Below the pieces are notes generated by a model. That model was not told the DNA's origin. It was given only the letters and a program-made list of their open reading frames with translations, and searched no databases. Positions 25,791 through 33,978 of a DNA stretch of 64,000 nt are shown here, piece by piece (positions within the stretch are counted from its first letter, which is position 1; the number at the start of each line of letters is the position of its first letter). Made by a program: the position numbers and the translations under genes. The stretch spans positions 16,913 through 80,912 of the forward strand of contig JAIYAZ010000015.1 in the NCBI GenBank assembly GCA_027488755.1, read 5' to 3'. The stretch comes from Verrucomicrobiaceae bacterium (lineage in GTDB: Bacteria; Verrucomicrobiota; Verrucomicrobiia; Chthoniobacterales; JAATET01).

Positions 25791-27353
25791 ATGCCGCAAA
25801 AACCGAAACCGACCAAGGCGCGTGGAAAGGGTTTCACGCTCCGCCCCATTCCGGACGAAAATACGCCCGCGGAAAACGCGGCGAACGCCCCGGTCGGCCG
25901 GGAACCCTTCGAGCACCTCGGGGAACTCCCCCACGGCTACGGCATGGACACGATTTTCCTGATCGCCCAGGAACCCAAGTGGCTCTTCACCTACTGGGAC
26001 ATCGACATCAACCGCCACCCGGGCGGCGCCGCCTACCTTCGCGCCCACTACGCGGACGGCACCCTCGCCAGCGAGACCGAGGTCCCCTTCGAGACCCGCA
26101 ACTGGTATCTCCCCGTCGAGCAGTCCGGCACCGACTTTTACGTCGAAATCGGCTACTACCGCGGCGAAACCTGGAATCTGATCGCCCGCTCCGGCCAGGT
26201 CACCACCCCGCCCGAGGGGCTCGCCCCCTCCGAGGCGTTTGACTACGCCACCATCCCCTTCCACCTCAGCTTTCAGCGGCTGCTCGACCACCTCCAGACC
26301 GCCCAAAACTCCGGCGAAAACCTCCTCGACGCCGTCTCCCGCATGCAACAAAAGGGCGACTTTGGCGCCTTCGGAGCCGGCAACCTCGGGGATCTCCTCT
26401 CCGCCGAGCAGCAAAGCCTCCTGCGCGCCCTCCTCGGCCCCGGCCTGCTCGAGGAACTCGGCAGCGGCGACCTCTCCTCCGCCGGCCTCGAAAGCCGCAT
26501 CCGCGCCTACCTCGAGGAAATGCTCTCCTCCGGCGGCTCCAGCGAGGCGCTCAGCTCCTTCCACGCCACCACCGCCGCCCTCGTCCGCAGCGGCGCCCTC
26601 TCCAGCTTTGGCGGCGGCTCCTCGTGGGAAATCGGGGCCCTGTCCAGCTGGATGACCCATGCCATCCTCAGCTGGACATCGGCCGGCCTGGAACTCTCCA
26701 GCCTCGGCGTCGCCACCAGTTGGAGCACCGGCGTCGGCTCCAGCGCCGAAACGAGCTGGAGCGCCTCCGCCCCGGCCAGCTGGGGGAGCGCCTCCCCCGC
26801 CGCCAGCAGCCTCGCCAGCTGGATGTCCGCCGGGCTCAGCAGCTGGCTCACGGCCGCCCAGTCCAGCGGCCAGGCCTTCGAACTCACCAGCTGGGCGCAG
26901 GCCGCCTCCTCCAGCTGGCTGCAAAACCTCCAATCCAGCTGGGCCGAAGCCGCCCTCTCAAGCTGGAATTCCCCGGAATTCTCCAGCTGGTTCTCCGCCT
27001 CGGCCGTGACGAGCTGGTCCGGCGCCTCGGAAACCCTCTCCTCCGCCCAGACCGGCGCCGCGCGTGATTTCTTCCTCCACGTCAATGCCGAGGTCATCTT
27101 CTACGGCGGCACCGACCCCCGCGCCCGCGTCACCGTCGCCGGCCAGCCCATCACCCTCCAGCCCGACGGCAGCTTCCGCTACCACTTCGTTTTCCCGAAC
27201 GCCGACTACGAGATCCCCGTCGTCGCCGCCTCGCCCGACGGCGTGGAAACCCGCTCCGCCACCCTGCGCTTCCATCGCGACACGACCAAGGTCGGCTTCG
27301 TCACCGACACCCCCCAGCCTCCGCTGGGCACGCCCATGGGGCCGGTCGGTTAA
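25791..27353 (+). CDS. DUF4912-like protein with central Ser-Trp repeat array
   Basis: Start at ATG 25791. The N-terminal motif LGELPHGYGMDTIFLIAQEPKWLFTYWDI matches my recollection of DUF4912. The middle carries 14 Ser-Trp dipeptides. The C-terminal module is FFLHVNAEVIFYGGTDPRARVTVAGQPITLQPDGSFRYHF. Confidence 0.6.
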   Translation: MPQKPKPTKARGKGFTLRPIPDENTPAENAANAPVGREPFEHLGELPHGYGMDTIFLIAQEPKWLFTYWDIDINRHPGGAAYLRAHYADGTLASETEVPFETRNWYLPVEQSGTDFYVEIGYYRGETWNLIARSGQVTTPPEGLAPSEAFDYATIPFHLSFQRLLDHLQTAQNSGENLLDAVSRMQQKGDFGAFGAGNLGDLLSAEQQSLLRALLGPGLLEELGSGDLSSAGLESRIRAYLEEMLSSGGSSEALSSFHATTAALVRSGALSSFGGGSSWEIGALSSWMTHAILSWTSAGLELSSLGVATSWSTGVGSSAETSWSASAPASWGSASPAASSLASWMSAGLSSWLTAAQSSGQAFELTSWAQAASSSWLQNLQSSWAEAALSSWNSPEFSSWFSASAVTSWSGASETLSSAQTGAARDFFLHVNAEVIFYGGTDPRARVTVAGQPITLQPDGSFRYHFVFPNADYEIPVVAASPDGVETRSATLRFHRDTTKVGFVTDTPQPPLGTPMGPVG

Positions 27354-27430
27354 ATCACGAACCCGCGCCTGCCCGGGAGCGCGTCCTGGCCCGCATCCAC
27401 CGCGCCCCGGGGCCGGACCCAACCCCCGCC

Positions 27431-28333
27431 ATGGCCGCCAAGCCTCCCCCCCGGGACCCCCTCGCCGAGGCCTTTTTCACCTACCTCGAAGGCGAGCGAA
27501 ATTGCTCCCCCCGCACCCTCATCAACTACCGCCACGCCCTCGCCCAATTCCGCGCGTTCCGCCCGGAAACCTCGTGGCGGGCCGCCACGGCCGACGACTT
27601 CCGCGCCTTTCTGTTCGACCTCATGAAGCGCTCGCGGGCCCGGGCCTCCGTCCGCCTGACCTTTGCCGGCCTGCGCAGCTTTTACCGGTTTTTGCTGGAA
27701 CGTAACAATATCACCATAAATCCTTTAAATGATGTTCTTCTGCCAAAGGCGGAAAAGCCGTTACCGGTCTTTCTGACCCTCGCGCAGGTCGAAAGCCTGC
27801 TCGCCGCCCCCCTCACCCTGCCCCTCGAGAAGCAGGCCCCCGCCTGGGTTCCCCTGCGCGACGCCGCCATGCTGGAGCTCCTGTATTCCGCCGGCCTTCG
27901 TCTCGCGGAACTCGCCGCCCTTAACGTGAAGGACGTCGACCCCTACTCGGAAACCCTGCGCGTCGTCGGTAAAGGCTCCAAGGAACGCGTCTGCCCGATC
28001 GGCGGGCCCGCCCTCCGCGCCCTCTCCGCCTACCGCCAGGCCGCCCGTGTGCAGACCGGCCCCCTCTTTCTCAACAAGTCGCGCCGCCGGCTGACCGCCC
28101 GTTCGATTTGGTGCCGCATGAAAAAATACCTCCCCGTGGCCGGCCTCCCGGCCAGCACCAGCCCCCACAAGCTCCGCCACAGCTTCGCCACGCACCTGCT
28201 CGACAACGGCGCCGACCTCCGCAGCCTGCAAACCCTGCTCGGCCACGCCAACCTCTCCACCACGCAGGTTTACACCCACGTTTCCACGGAGCGCCTCAAG
28301 CGCGCCTACGATCAGGCACACCCCCGGGCCTGA
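27431..28333 (+). CDS. tyrosine recombinase XerC/XerD family
   Basis: N-terminal SAM-like core-binding domain (FFTYLEGERNCSPRTLINYRHALAQF). The catalytic domain contains ..RLAELAAL.., LRHSFATHLLDNGADLRSLQTLLGHANLSTTQVYTHV. Confidence 0.85.
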   Translation: MAAKPPPRDPLAEAFFTYLEGERNCSPRTLINYRHALAQFRAFRPETSWRAATADDFRAFLFDLMKRSRARASVRLTFAGLRSFYRFLLERNNITINPLNDVLLPKAEKPLPVFLTLAQVESLLAAPLTLPLEKQAPAWVPLRDAAMLELLYSAGLRLAELAALNVKDVDPYSETLRVVGKGSKERVCPIGGPALRALSAYRQAARVQTGPLFLNKSRRRLTARSIWCRMKKYLPVAGLPASTSPHKLRHSFATHLLDNGADLRSLQTLLGHANLSTTQVYTHVSTERLKRAYDQAHPRA

Positions 28334-28382
28334 ACCCCACGCTCCGCCCCCGCGAAGCCCCCTCCCCGCGCCGCTCGCGGGC

Positions 28383-28416
28383 AAAAAAAAGCGGCCGGAT
28401 TCGAAAATCCGGCCGC
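28383..28416 (-). terminator. intrinsic terminator of the rpmB / small-ORF unit (hairpin also sits after xer on the + strand)
   Basis: Perfect hairpin gcggccgga-ttcgaaa-tccggccgc (28391-28416), followed on the minus strand by 8 T (28383-28390). Confidence 0.7.
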
Positions 28417-28437
28417 AAAGTGAAAAAAGGAACCGCC

Positions 28438-28641
28438 TTAGCGCTTCTTCTTGAGGAGCGGGAGACCCGTCTTCTCGTTTTCGGAAACTTCGTAGCCCGC
28501 CGGGAGGGCGTCGAGCGCACCTTCGCTGATGGCACCCGCGAAGTAATAAAGCGTCACTTCCTGACCGCCGCGCAGTTTCTGGAGGCGATGATGGAGGAAG
28601 TAGGTTTTGCCCGATTTTTTGCTGTTAACGCTGAAGGACAT
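28438..28641 (-). CDS. small conserved-looking hypothetical protein (67 aa)
   Basis: Sequence MSFSVNSKKSGKTYFLHHRLQKLRGGQEVTLYYFAGAISEGALDALPAGYEVSENEKTGLPLLKKKR. It lies between rpmB and a strong terminator. I recall similar small proteins but cannot name a family. Confidence 0.55.
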   Translation of the reverse strand: MSFSVNSKKSGKTYFLHHRLQKLRGGQEVTLYYFAGAISEGALDALPAGYEVSENEKTGLPLLKKKR

Positions 28642-28654
28642 GTTCGTGTGATTT

Positions 28655-28689
28655 GGGTTGGGGTTGGGTTGGGGGGAATCCTAGGATTC
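28655..28689. other. G-quadruplex-type motif (GGGTTGGGGTTGGGTTGGGGGG) abutting a perfect 14-bp palindrome GAATCCTAGGATTC
   Basis: Read directly. Four G-tracts with 2-nt TT loops span 28655-28676 on the plus strand. The palindrome spans 28676-28689. Both lie in the 74-nt rpmB-to-small-ORF spacer. Confidence 0.8.
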
Positions 28690-28715
28690 TTGGGTGATGC
28701 TACGGAAAAACGCTT

Positions 28716-28979
28716 CTAGATCAACTCCGCTTTCTTGAGCGTGGCGTAGGCCCCGTTCTTCGTGAGCGTTTTGATCGCGCGGGCGGTCGCCTTGATGGTG
28801 ACGAACTTTTTGAGTTCGGGCACCCAGATGCGCTTCTTGCGGAGGTTCGGAACGAACTCGCGCGGAACGACCTTCGTGACGTGCATGCCGATGCCGCCCT
28901 TCTTCTTGGCCAAGCCGCGGCGGTGGATTTTCGAGCCGCGCGTCGGGCGGGCTCCGGTGAGTTGACACTGTCTAGCCAT
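28716..28979 (-). CDS. rpmB: 50S ribosomal protein L28
   Basis: Sequence MARQCQLTGARPTRGSKIHRRGLAKKKGGIGMHVTKVVPREFVPNLRKKRIWVPELKKFVTIKATARAIKTL. This is the canonical L28 pattern. Confidence 0.95.
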   Translation of the reverse strand: MARQCQLTGARPTRGSKIHRRGLAKKKGGIGMHVTKVVPREFVPNLRKKRIWVPELKKFVTIKATARAIKTLTKNGAYATLKKAELI

Positions 28980-29065
28980 AAAATCGGGTAAAGTTGAAGG
29001 GTGGCAGAATCCTTTTCCGACCCGGTCGGGTCAAGTGTTTTATCAGGGAAAAGTGGGGAGCCGCT

Positions 29066-29791
29066 TCAGATGCCCAGCGCGGCCGCCTGCAGATCGAGCA
29101 ATTCGGCCACGCCCGCGCGCCCCGCGTCGAGCATGGCGGCGAGCTGATCCGCGCTGAACGTGGCCTCCTCGCCGGAGCCCTGGACCTCCACAAATTCCCC
29201 CGCCTCCGTGAGCACCAGATTCAGGTCCACGCTGGCCTCCTTGTCCTCCGCGTAATCGAGATCCACCAGCACCTCGCCCGCCACAATCCCGACGCTCACC
29301 GCCGCAACCCGCTGCCGCATCGGCAACCGCTTGACCTTGCCCTCCACGAGCAGACGCTGACACGCAACGTGCATGGCCACCGTGGCCCCCGTGATCGCCG
29401 CCGTGCGGGTGCCCCCGTCGGCCTGGAGCACGTCGCAATCGACCCACAGCGTGCGCGAGCCGAGCGCCTCCAGGTCGACCGCCGCCCGCAGCGAACGCCC
29501 GATCAACCGCTGAATCTCGGTGCCCCGCCCATCGGGCCGGCCCTTGGTAATGTCCCGGGGCTTCCGGCTCAGCGTGGAATACGGCAGCATCGAATACTCT
29601 GCCGTGATCCAGCCCCCGGTCACGCCCTGTTCCTTCATCCAGCGCGGCACGGAATCCTCGACCATCGCGGCGCAGATGACGCGGGTGTTGCCGAAGGCCA
29701 CCAGCACCGAACCCGCCGCATGCGGAGCCACCCCGATTTCAAAGCTGACGGTGCGGAGTTCATGGGCGGCGCGGTTCTCGGAACGAATCAT
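29066..29791 (-). CDS. rph: ribonuclease PH
   Basis: Contains RSENRAAHELRTVSFEIGVAPHAAGSVLVAFGNTRVIC, ..WITAEYSMLPYST..R..RD..KGR.DGRT.EIQRLIGRSLRA and ..DCDVLQADGGTRTAAITGA. Confidence 0.95.
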   Translation of the reverse strand: MIRSENRAAHELRTVSFEIGVAPHAAGSVLVAFGNTRVICAAMVEDSVPRWMKEQGVTGGWITAEYSMLPYSTLSRKPRDITKGRPDGRGTEIQRLIGRSLRAAVDLEALGSRTLWVDCDVLQADGGTRTAAITGATVAMHVACQRLLVEGKVKRLPMRQRVAAVSVGIVAGEVLVDLDYAEDKEASVDLNLVLTEAGEFVEVQGSGEEATFSADQLAAMLDAGRAGVAELLDLQAAALGI

Positions 29792-29862
29792 GCCGCGGAT
29801 ATAAGCGGAAGCCCGGCCAAAGCCGAAGGGAAATGTCCGCCCGCCGGAATCCGCCCGCCGGG

Positions 29863-29889
29863 AGAAAAAATGACCCCGCCACCGGGGTC
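29863..29889 (-). terminator. intrinsic terminator after tRNA-Pro
   Basis: Hairpin gaccccg-ccac-cggggtc (29872-29889), followed on the minus strand by ATTTTTTCT. It starts 10 nt after the tRNA 3' end. Confidence 0.5.
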
Positions 29890-29899
29890 GGGGAAAAAA

Positions 29900-29973
29900 T
29901 CGGGCTGACAGGATTCGAACCTGCGACCTCCTCGTCCCGAACGAGGCGCTCTACCAAGCTGAGCCACAGCCCG
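29900..29973 (-). tRNA. tRNA-Pro (anticodon CGG)
   Basis: Hand-folded on the minus strand. Acceptor cgggctg/cagcccg; D-arm gctc-agcttggta-gagc; anticodon stem cctcg/cgagg with loop UUCGGGA; T-arm gcagg-ttcgaat-cctgt. Confidence 0.9.
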
Positions 29974-30066
29974 CAAAGAGGCGAACGTGCGTGAATTCCC
30001 CCGGGAGCGCAATGGAATTCTTCGCCGCACGGCACGGGAATCGCTTTCTCCGCAAGGTTCCAACCC

Positions 30067-31308
30067 ATGGGACTCTCCCTTCTCAGCGCGTTTGGCGCAT
30101 GCATTCTGCTGCTGGTGGCCTGGGGCCTCTCGCGCCACCGCGACCGGTTCCCCTGGCGCGCCGTCCTGAGCGGCCTCGCCCTCCAGATCGTCTTCGCGCT
30201 GTTCATCCTCAAGACGCCGTTCGGCGAACCCCTCTTCGGTGCCGTCCGCGCCGTCATGAACCAGATCGGCACCTTCGCCCAGCAGGGCGCCGCCATGGTC
30301 TTCGGACCGCTCGCGGACGCCAAAACCCTCGACCGCGCCCTGGGCGGTGGCGGGGTCGTCTTTGCGATCACGATCTCGGCCATCATCATCGTCGTTTCCG
30401 CCCTCTCCTCGCTGCTCTACCATTACGGCATTCTCCAACGCGTCGTGCACGCGGTGGCCACCGTCATGCGCCGCGTGATGGGCACCACCGGCAGCGAAAG
30501 CCTCGCGGCGGCCGGCAACATCTTCCTCGGCCAGACCGAAGCCGCCCTGCTCATCCGGCCCTACCTTCCGCACATGACCGCGAGCGAATTGAACGCCCTC
30601 ATGGTCACCGGCATGGCCACCATCGCCACGTCGGTTTTCGCCGTTTACGCCCAGATCGGCATCGACGCCGGGCACCTGCTCGCCGCCTCGGTGATGAGCG
30701 CCCCCGCCGCGCTGCTCATCGCCAAGATCATGCTGCCCGAAACCCAGGCCAGCGAAACCTCGGCCAGCCACACCGCCGCCGTGCCGCGCGCGAGCGTCAA
30801 CGGCATCGACGCCCTGTGCCGCGGCGCCTCCGAGGGCATGGCGCTCGCGATTAACGTCCTCGCCATGCTCATCGCGTTTGTCGCCGTCGTCGCCCTCGCG
30901 AACGCGCTGCTCGCCTGGCCGCAGGGCCTGCTCGGACGGGAGCATCCCATCACGCTCCAACAGATCATGGGCTGGATCAACTGGCCCTTCGCCTGGCTCC
31001 TCGGGGTGCCGGTCGCCGATTGCGAAAAGGTCGGCCAGATTCTCGGCACGCGCATCGTGCTCAATGAATTCGTAGGCTTCCTCGACCTCACCGCCCTGCG
31101 CGGGCAGATCTCCGAGCGCAGCTTCATTCTCGCGACCTACGCCCTCTGCGGCTTCGCGAATTTTTCGAGCATCGCCATCCAGATCGGCGGCATCGGCGCG
31201 CTGGTGCCCGAGCGGCGCGGCGAACTCGCCCAGCTCGGCCTGCGCGCCATGGTTGGCGGTCTCCTCGCGAGCTACCTCACCGCCTGCATCGCCGGCATCT
31301 TCATCTAG
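30067..31308 (+). CDS. NupC/NupG-family (CNT) nucleoside transporter
   Basis: 413 aa, multi-TM. The N-terminus ..HRDRFPWRAVLSGLALQIVFALFILKTPFG.. and the C-terminal ..LCGFANFSSIAIQIGGIGALVPERR.. are typical of NupC. Confidence 0.9.
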   Translation: MGLSLLSAFGACILLLVAWGLSRHRDRFPWRAVLSGLALQIVFALFILKTPFGEPLFGAVRAVMNQIGTFAQQGAAMVFGPLADAKTLDRALGGGGVVFAITISAIIIVVSALSSLLYHYGILQRVVHAVATVMRRVMGTTGSESLAAAGNIFLGQTEAALLIRPYLPHMTASELNALMVTGMATIATSVFAVYAQIGIDAGHLLAASVMSAPAALLIAKIMLPETQASETSASHTAAVPRASVNGIDALCRGASEGMALAINVLAMLIAFVAVVALANALLAWPQGLLGREHPITLQQIMGWINWPFAWLLGVPVADCEKVGQILGTRIVLNEFVGFLDLTALRGQISERSFILATYALCGFANFSSIAIQIGGIGALVPERRGELAQLGLRAMVGGLLASYLTACIAGIFI

Positions 31309-31985
31309 CCCTCAAGCAGATCCGGACGACGGGCGCGCGTGAGGGCCTCCGCCTGCTCGCGCCGCCAGCGCGCGATCGCGGCGTGGTTGCCCGAAAGCAG
31401 CACGTCCGGCACCCGCCAGTCGCCAAAAACCTCCGGCCGCGTGTAGTGCGGGTGATCCAGGATTCTCCCCTCCCCCTCGCCAAACGAATCCTGCGCCGCG
31501 GACCCCGCGTCGCCCAGCACACCGGGCACGAGCCGCACAACCGCGTCCGTCACCACCAGCGCGGCGAGCGCCCCGTTCGTCAGCACGTAATCACCGATGG
31601 AAATCTCGTCATCAACAAGGTGATCCGCCACGCGCTGATCCACGCCCTCGTAGTGGCCGCAAAGCAGGATGAGGTGCTCCTCGCGCGCATACTCCCGTGC
31701 CACCCGCTGGTCGAACCGGCGGCCCTGCGGCGTCATGAGCACCACCCGCGAGCGCGGCGTGCGCAGCTCGGCGAGTGCGGCGAAGATCGGCTCCACCTTC
31801 ATCACCATGCCCGGCCCGCCGCCATAGGGCATGTCGTCGGTCACCCGGTGCCGGCCCGTCGCCCATTGCCGCAGGTCGCGCGCCGTGATCGTGGCCAGGT
31901 CCCGCTCCCGCGCCCGCTTGAGCATACTCTCGCCGAGGGCCCCCTCGCAGATGCCGGGAAACAAGGTCAGGATGTCGATATTCAC
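31305..31985 (-). CDS. trmD: tRNA (guanine37-N1)-methyltransferase
   Basis: Probable GTG start at 31985 (VNIDILTLFPGICEG..). Contains the motifs ..TDDMPYGGGPGMVMKVEP.. and ..LLCGHYEGVDQRV.. and ..ISIGDYVLTNG... The upstream part of ORF 31305..32141 is an extension. Confidence 0.9.
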   Translation of the reverse strand: MNIDILTLFPGICEGALGESMLKRARERDLATITARDLRQWATGRHRVTDDMPYGGGPGMVMKVEPIFAALAELRTPRSRVVLMTPQGRRFDQRVAREYAREEHLILLCGHYEGVDQRVADHLVDDEISIGDYVLTNGALAALVVTDAVVRLVPGVLGDAGSAAQDSFGEGEGRILDHPHYTRPEVFGDWRVPDVLLSGNHAAIARWRREQAEALTRARRPDLLEG

Positions 31986-32048
31986 AAAAAAAGGCGGTCG
32001 CGAACCGCAAACCCTCGCATTTATGAGGGCCCGCGATAAGGTGCGCAA

Positions 32049-33965
32049 GTGCTCGTGCGGAAGAAAGCCACGCTCCGGCGCCTTTGGTTGCGCACCGCCC
32101 GCCGCGGTCGGGCCCGCCAGCGGGTCGCCCGCCGGCGCCACCCGTTCCTCGTCGCCGCCCTCAAGCTCGGCTTCGCCGCCCTCCTGCTCTGGTCACTCGT
32201 CGCGCTCGCTTACTACGGCTGGGCGCTCACCTTCGACCTCGCCACCATTCGCGACATGCCGCAGCGCTCCGTCGTGCTGGACCGCAACGGCCAGGTCTAC
32301 AGCCGCCTCGCCGGCGAAAACCGCATCGTCGCCCCGTTCGACAAAATCTCCCCCTTCTTCGTCGAGGCCCTCATCACCCGCGAGGACACCCGCTTCTACA
32401 GCCACCGCGGCGTGGACCCCATCGGCATCGCCCGCGCCATCGTCCGCAACCTCCTGCTCGGCGGCGCCCGTGAGGGGGCGTCCACCCTCACCCAGCAGCT
32501 CGCCCGCAACAGCTTCCCCCTCGGCGGCAAAACCCTCCACCGCAAGCTCATCGAGGCCGCCCTCGCCTTCCGCATCGAGACGGAACTCACCAAGGAGGAA
32601 ATCCTCGCCGCCTACATGAACCGCATCTACTTCGGCTCCGGCTTCTACGGCGTCGACACCGCGAGCCGCGCCTACTTCGGGCACCCCGCCGCGGACCTCT
32701 CGCTCGGCGAGGCCGCCCTGCTCGCCGGCCTCATCCGCAGCCCGACGCGGCTCTCCCCCTTCAACAACCTCGAGGCCTCCCGCCGCAACCGCGATGTCGT
32801 GCTCAAACGCATGCGCGAAATCAATCTCATCGACGACGCCCAACTCACCGCCGCCCTCGCCGAGCCCATCCGCCTCGCCCCGCGGCCCGACGCCGCCCCC
32901 GAGGAAAACTGGGCGATGGAAACCATCCGGCGCGAACTCTCCCTCGTCCTTCCCGAGGATCGCCTGGCCGGCGGCGGCCTCCGCATCAGCACCACCCTCG
33001 ACGCCCGCCTCCAGGAAACCGCCGAGCGCGCGCTCTCCCGCCGGCTGGCCGAAATCGAGCGCCGCCCCGGCTACCAGCCACCCGCCGCCGGCGCGCAACC
33101 GCTCCAGGGCGCGCTCATCGCCATCGACAACCGCACCGGCGGCATCCGCGCCGTCGTCGGAGGTCGCAACTTCCGGAACAGCCGCTACCACCGCGCGTTC
33201 GACGCCCGCCGCCCCGCCGGCTCCACCGCGAAACCCTTCGTCTACGCCGCCGCCTTCGCCCACGGCCTCCGCCCCGGCGACCGCGTTTCCGACGCGCGGC
33301 TCGGCGCCCACGAACTCCCCGCCTCCCTCGGCCGCTACCAGCCGGAAAACTCCGACCGCAGATACGGCGGCGACATCCGCGTGGAGGACGCCCTCGTCCA
33401 TTCCCGCAACACCGCCTCCGTCCGCGTCGGGCTCCGCGCCGGCCTGCCCGCCGTGGCCGCCACGCTCGAACGCGCCGGCCTCGCGCCGCAGATCGCCCCC
33501 TTCCCCTCGATCTGCCTCGGCGCCTTCGAGACCACGCTCAAGGACCTCACCGCCGCCTACACCGCCTTTGCGAACGACGGCGTCCGCCTCCAGCCCCACC
33601 TCATCGAAAAAGTCACCGACGCCGACGGCACCGTGCTCTTCCAGTCCACCCACGGCCGCATCCGCTTCCTCGACGAGAAATCCGCCCGCGCCACCGGCGA
33701 AGTCCTCACCGAGGTCGTCACCCGCGGCACCGCCGCCAACGCCCGCAATCTCGGCCTGCGCAAACGCGCCGCCGGCAAAACCGGGACCACCGACGCCTCC
33801 CGCGACGCCTGGTTCATCGGCTACCTCCGCTCCCTCACCTGCGGCGTCTGGGTCGGCTTCGACCAGCCCCGCACCATCCTGCGCGGCGGCTACGGCGCCG
33901 ACCTCGCGCTTCCCATCTGGGTCGACGTCATGCAGGCCGCGGACCCGAAGGCGTATCCGGATTAA
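32049..33965 (+). CDS. bifunctional class A penicillin-binding protein (transglycosylase/transpeptidase, PBP1A-like)
   Basis: GT51 motifs are present (ALITREDTRFYSHRGVDPIGIARA, GASTLTQQLARN). The transpeptidase domain shows a STAKP-type SxxK motif (GSTAKPFVY), SRN (HSRNTAS) and KTGT (AGKTGTT). Confidence 0.9.
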   Translation: MLVRKKATLRRLWLRTARRGRARQRVARRRHPFLVAALKLGFAALLLWSLVALAYYGWALTFDLATIRDMPQRSVVLDRNGQVYSRLAGENRIVAPFDKISPFFVEALITREDTRFYSHRGVDPIGIARAIVRNLLLGGAREGASTLTQQLARNSFPLGGKTLHRKLIEAALAFRIETELTKEEILAAYMNRIYFGSGFYGVDTASRAYFGHPAADLSLGEAALLAGLIRSPTRLSPFNNLEASRRNRDVVLKRMREINLIDDAQLTAALAEPIRLAPRPDAAPEENWAMETIRRELSLVLPEDRLAGGGLRISTTLDARLQETAERALSRRLAEIERRPGYQPPAAGAQPLQGALIAIDNRTGGIRAVVGGRNFRNSRYHRAFDARRPAGSTAKPFVYAAAFAHGLRPGDRVSDARLGAHELPASLGRYQPENSDRRYGGDIRVEDALVHSRNTASVRVGLRAGLPAVAATLERAGLAPQIAPFPSICLGAFETTLKDLTAAYTAFANDGVRLQPHLIEKVTDADGTVLFQSTHGRIRFLDEKSARATGEVLTEVVTRGTAANARNLGLRKRAAGKTGTTDASRDAWFIGYLRSLTCGVWVGFDQPRTILRGGYGADLALPIWVDVMQAADPKAYPD

Positions 33966-33978
33966 CCCGGCCGCGCCC

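Noticed and set aside
27700-27745. AT-rich patch inside xer considered as a dif-like site
   Set aside because: It has no dyad symmetry of the ATAA...TTAT type around a 6-bp spacer, so the sequence does not resemble dif consensus sequences. It is kept only as a codon-usage anomaly.
29006-29034. TTGACC-N17-GATTCT on the minus strand as the rpmB promoter; similarly TTGACT-N19-TATCCT at 39599-39629 for the pyr operon
   Set aside because: The -35 hexamers are good, but the -10 elements are weak or the spacing is off. Without TSS data these are only hints, so they are not listed as features.
27431-29973. Tyrosine recombinase about 1.5 kb from a tRNA-Pro gene; possible integrase/genomic-island boundary
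   Set aside because: The recombinase has the XerC/XerD-type N-terminal domain and motifs. The intervening and flanking genes are core (rpmB, rph, nupC). I see no direct repeat of the tRNA 3' end and no phage or IS genes. I interpret it as the housekeeping chromosome-dimer resolvase.
29993-30020. 7-bp inverted repeat GAATTCC...GGAATTC upstream of nupC as a possible riboswitch or operator
   Set aside because: The stem is too short, the loop is 14 nt, and I recognise no conserved riboswitch core. It cannot be distinguished from chance.
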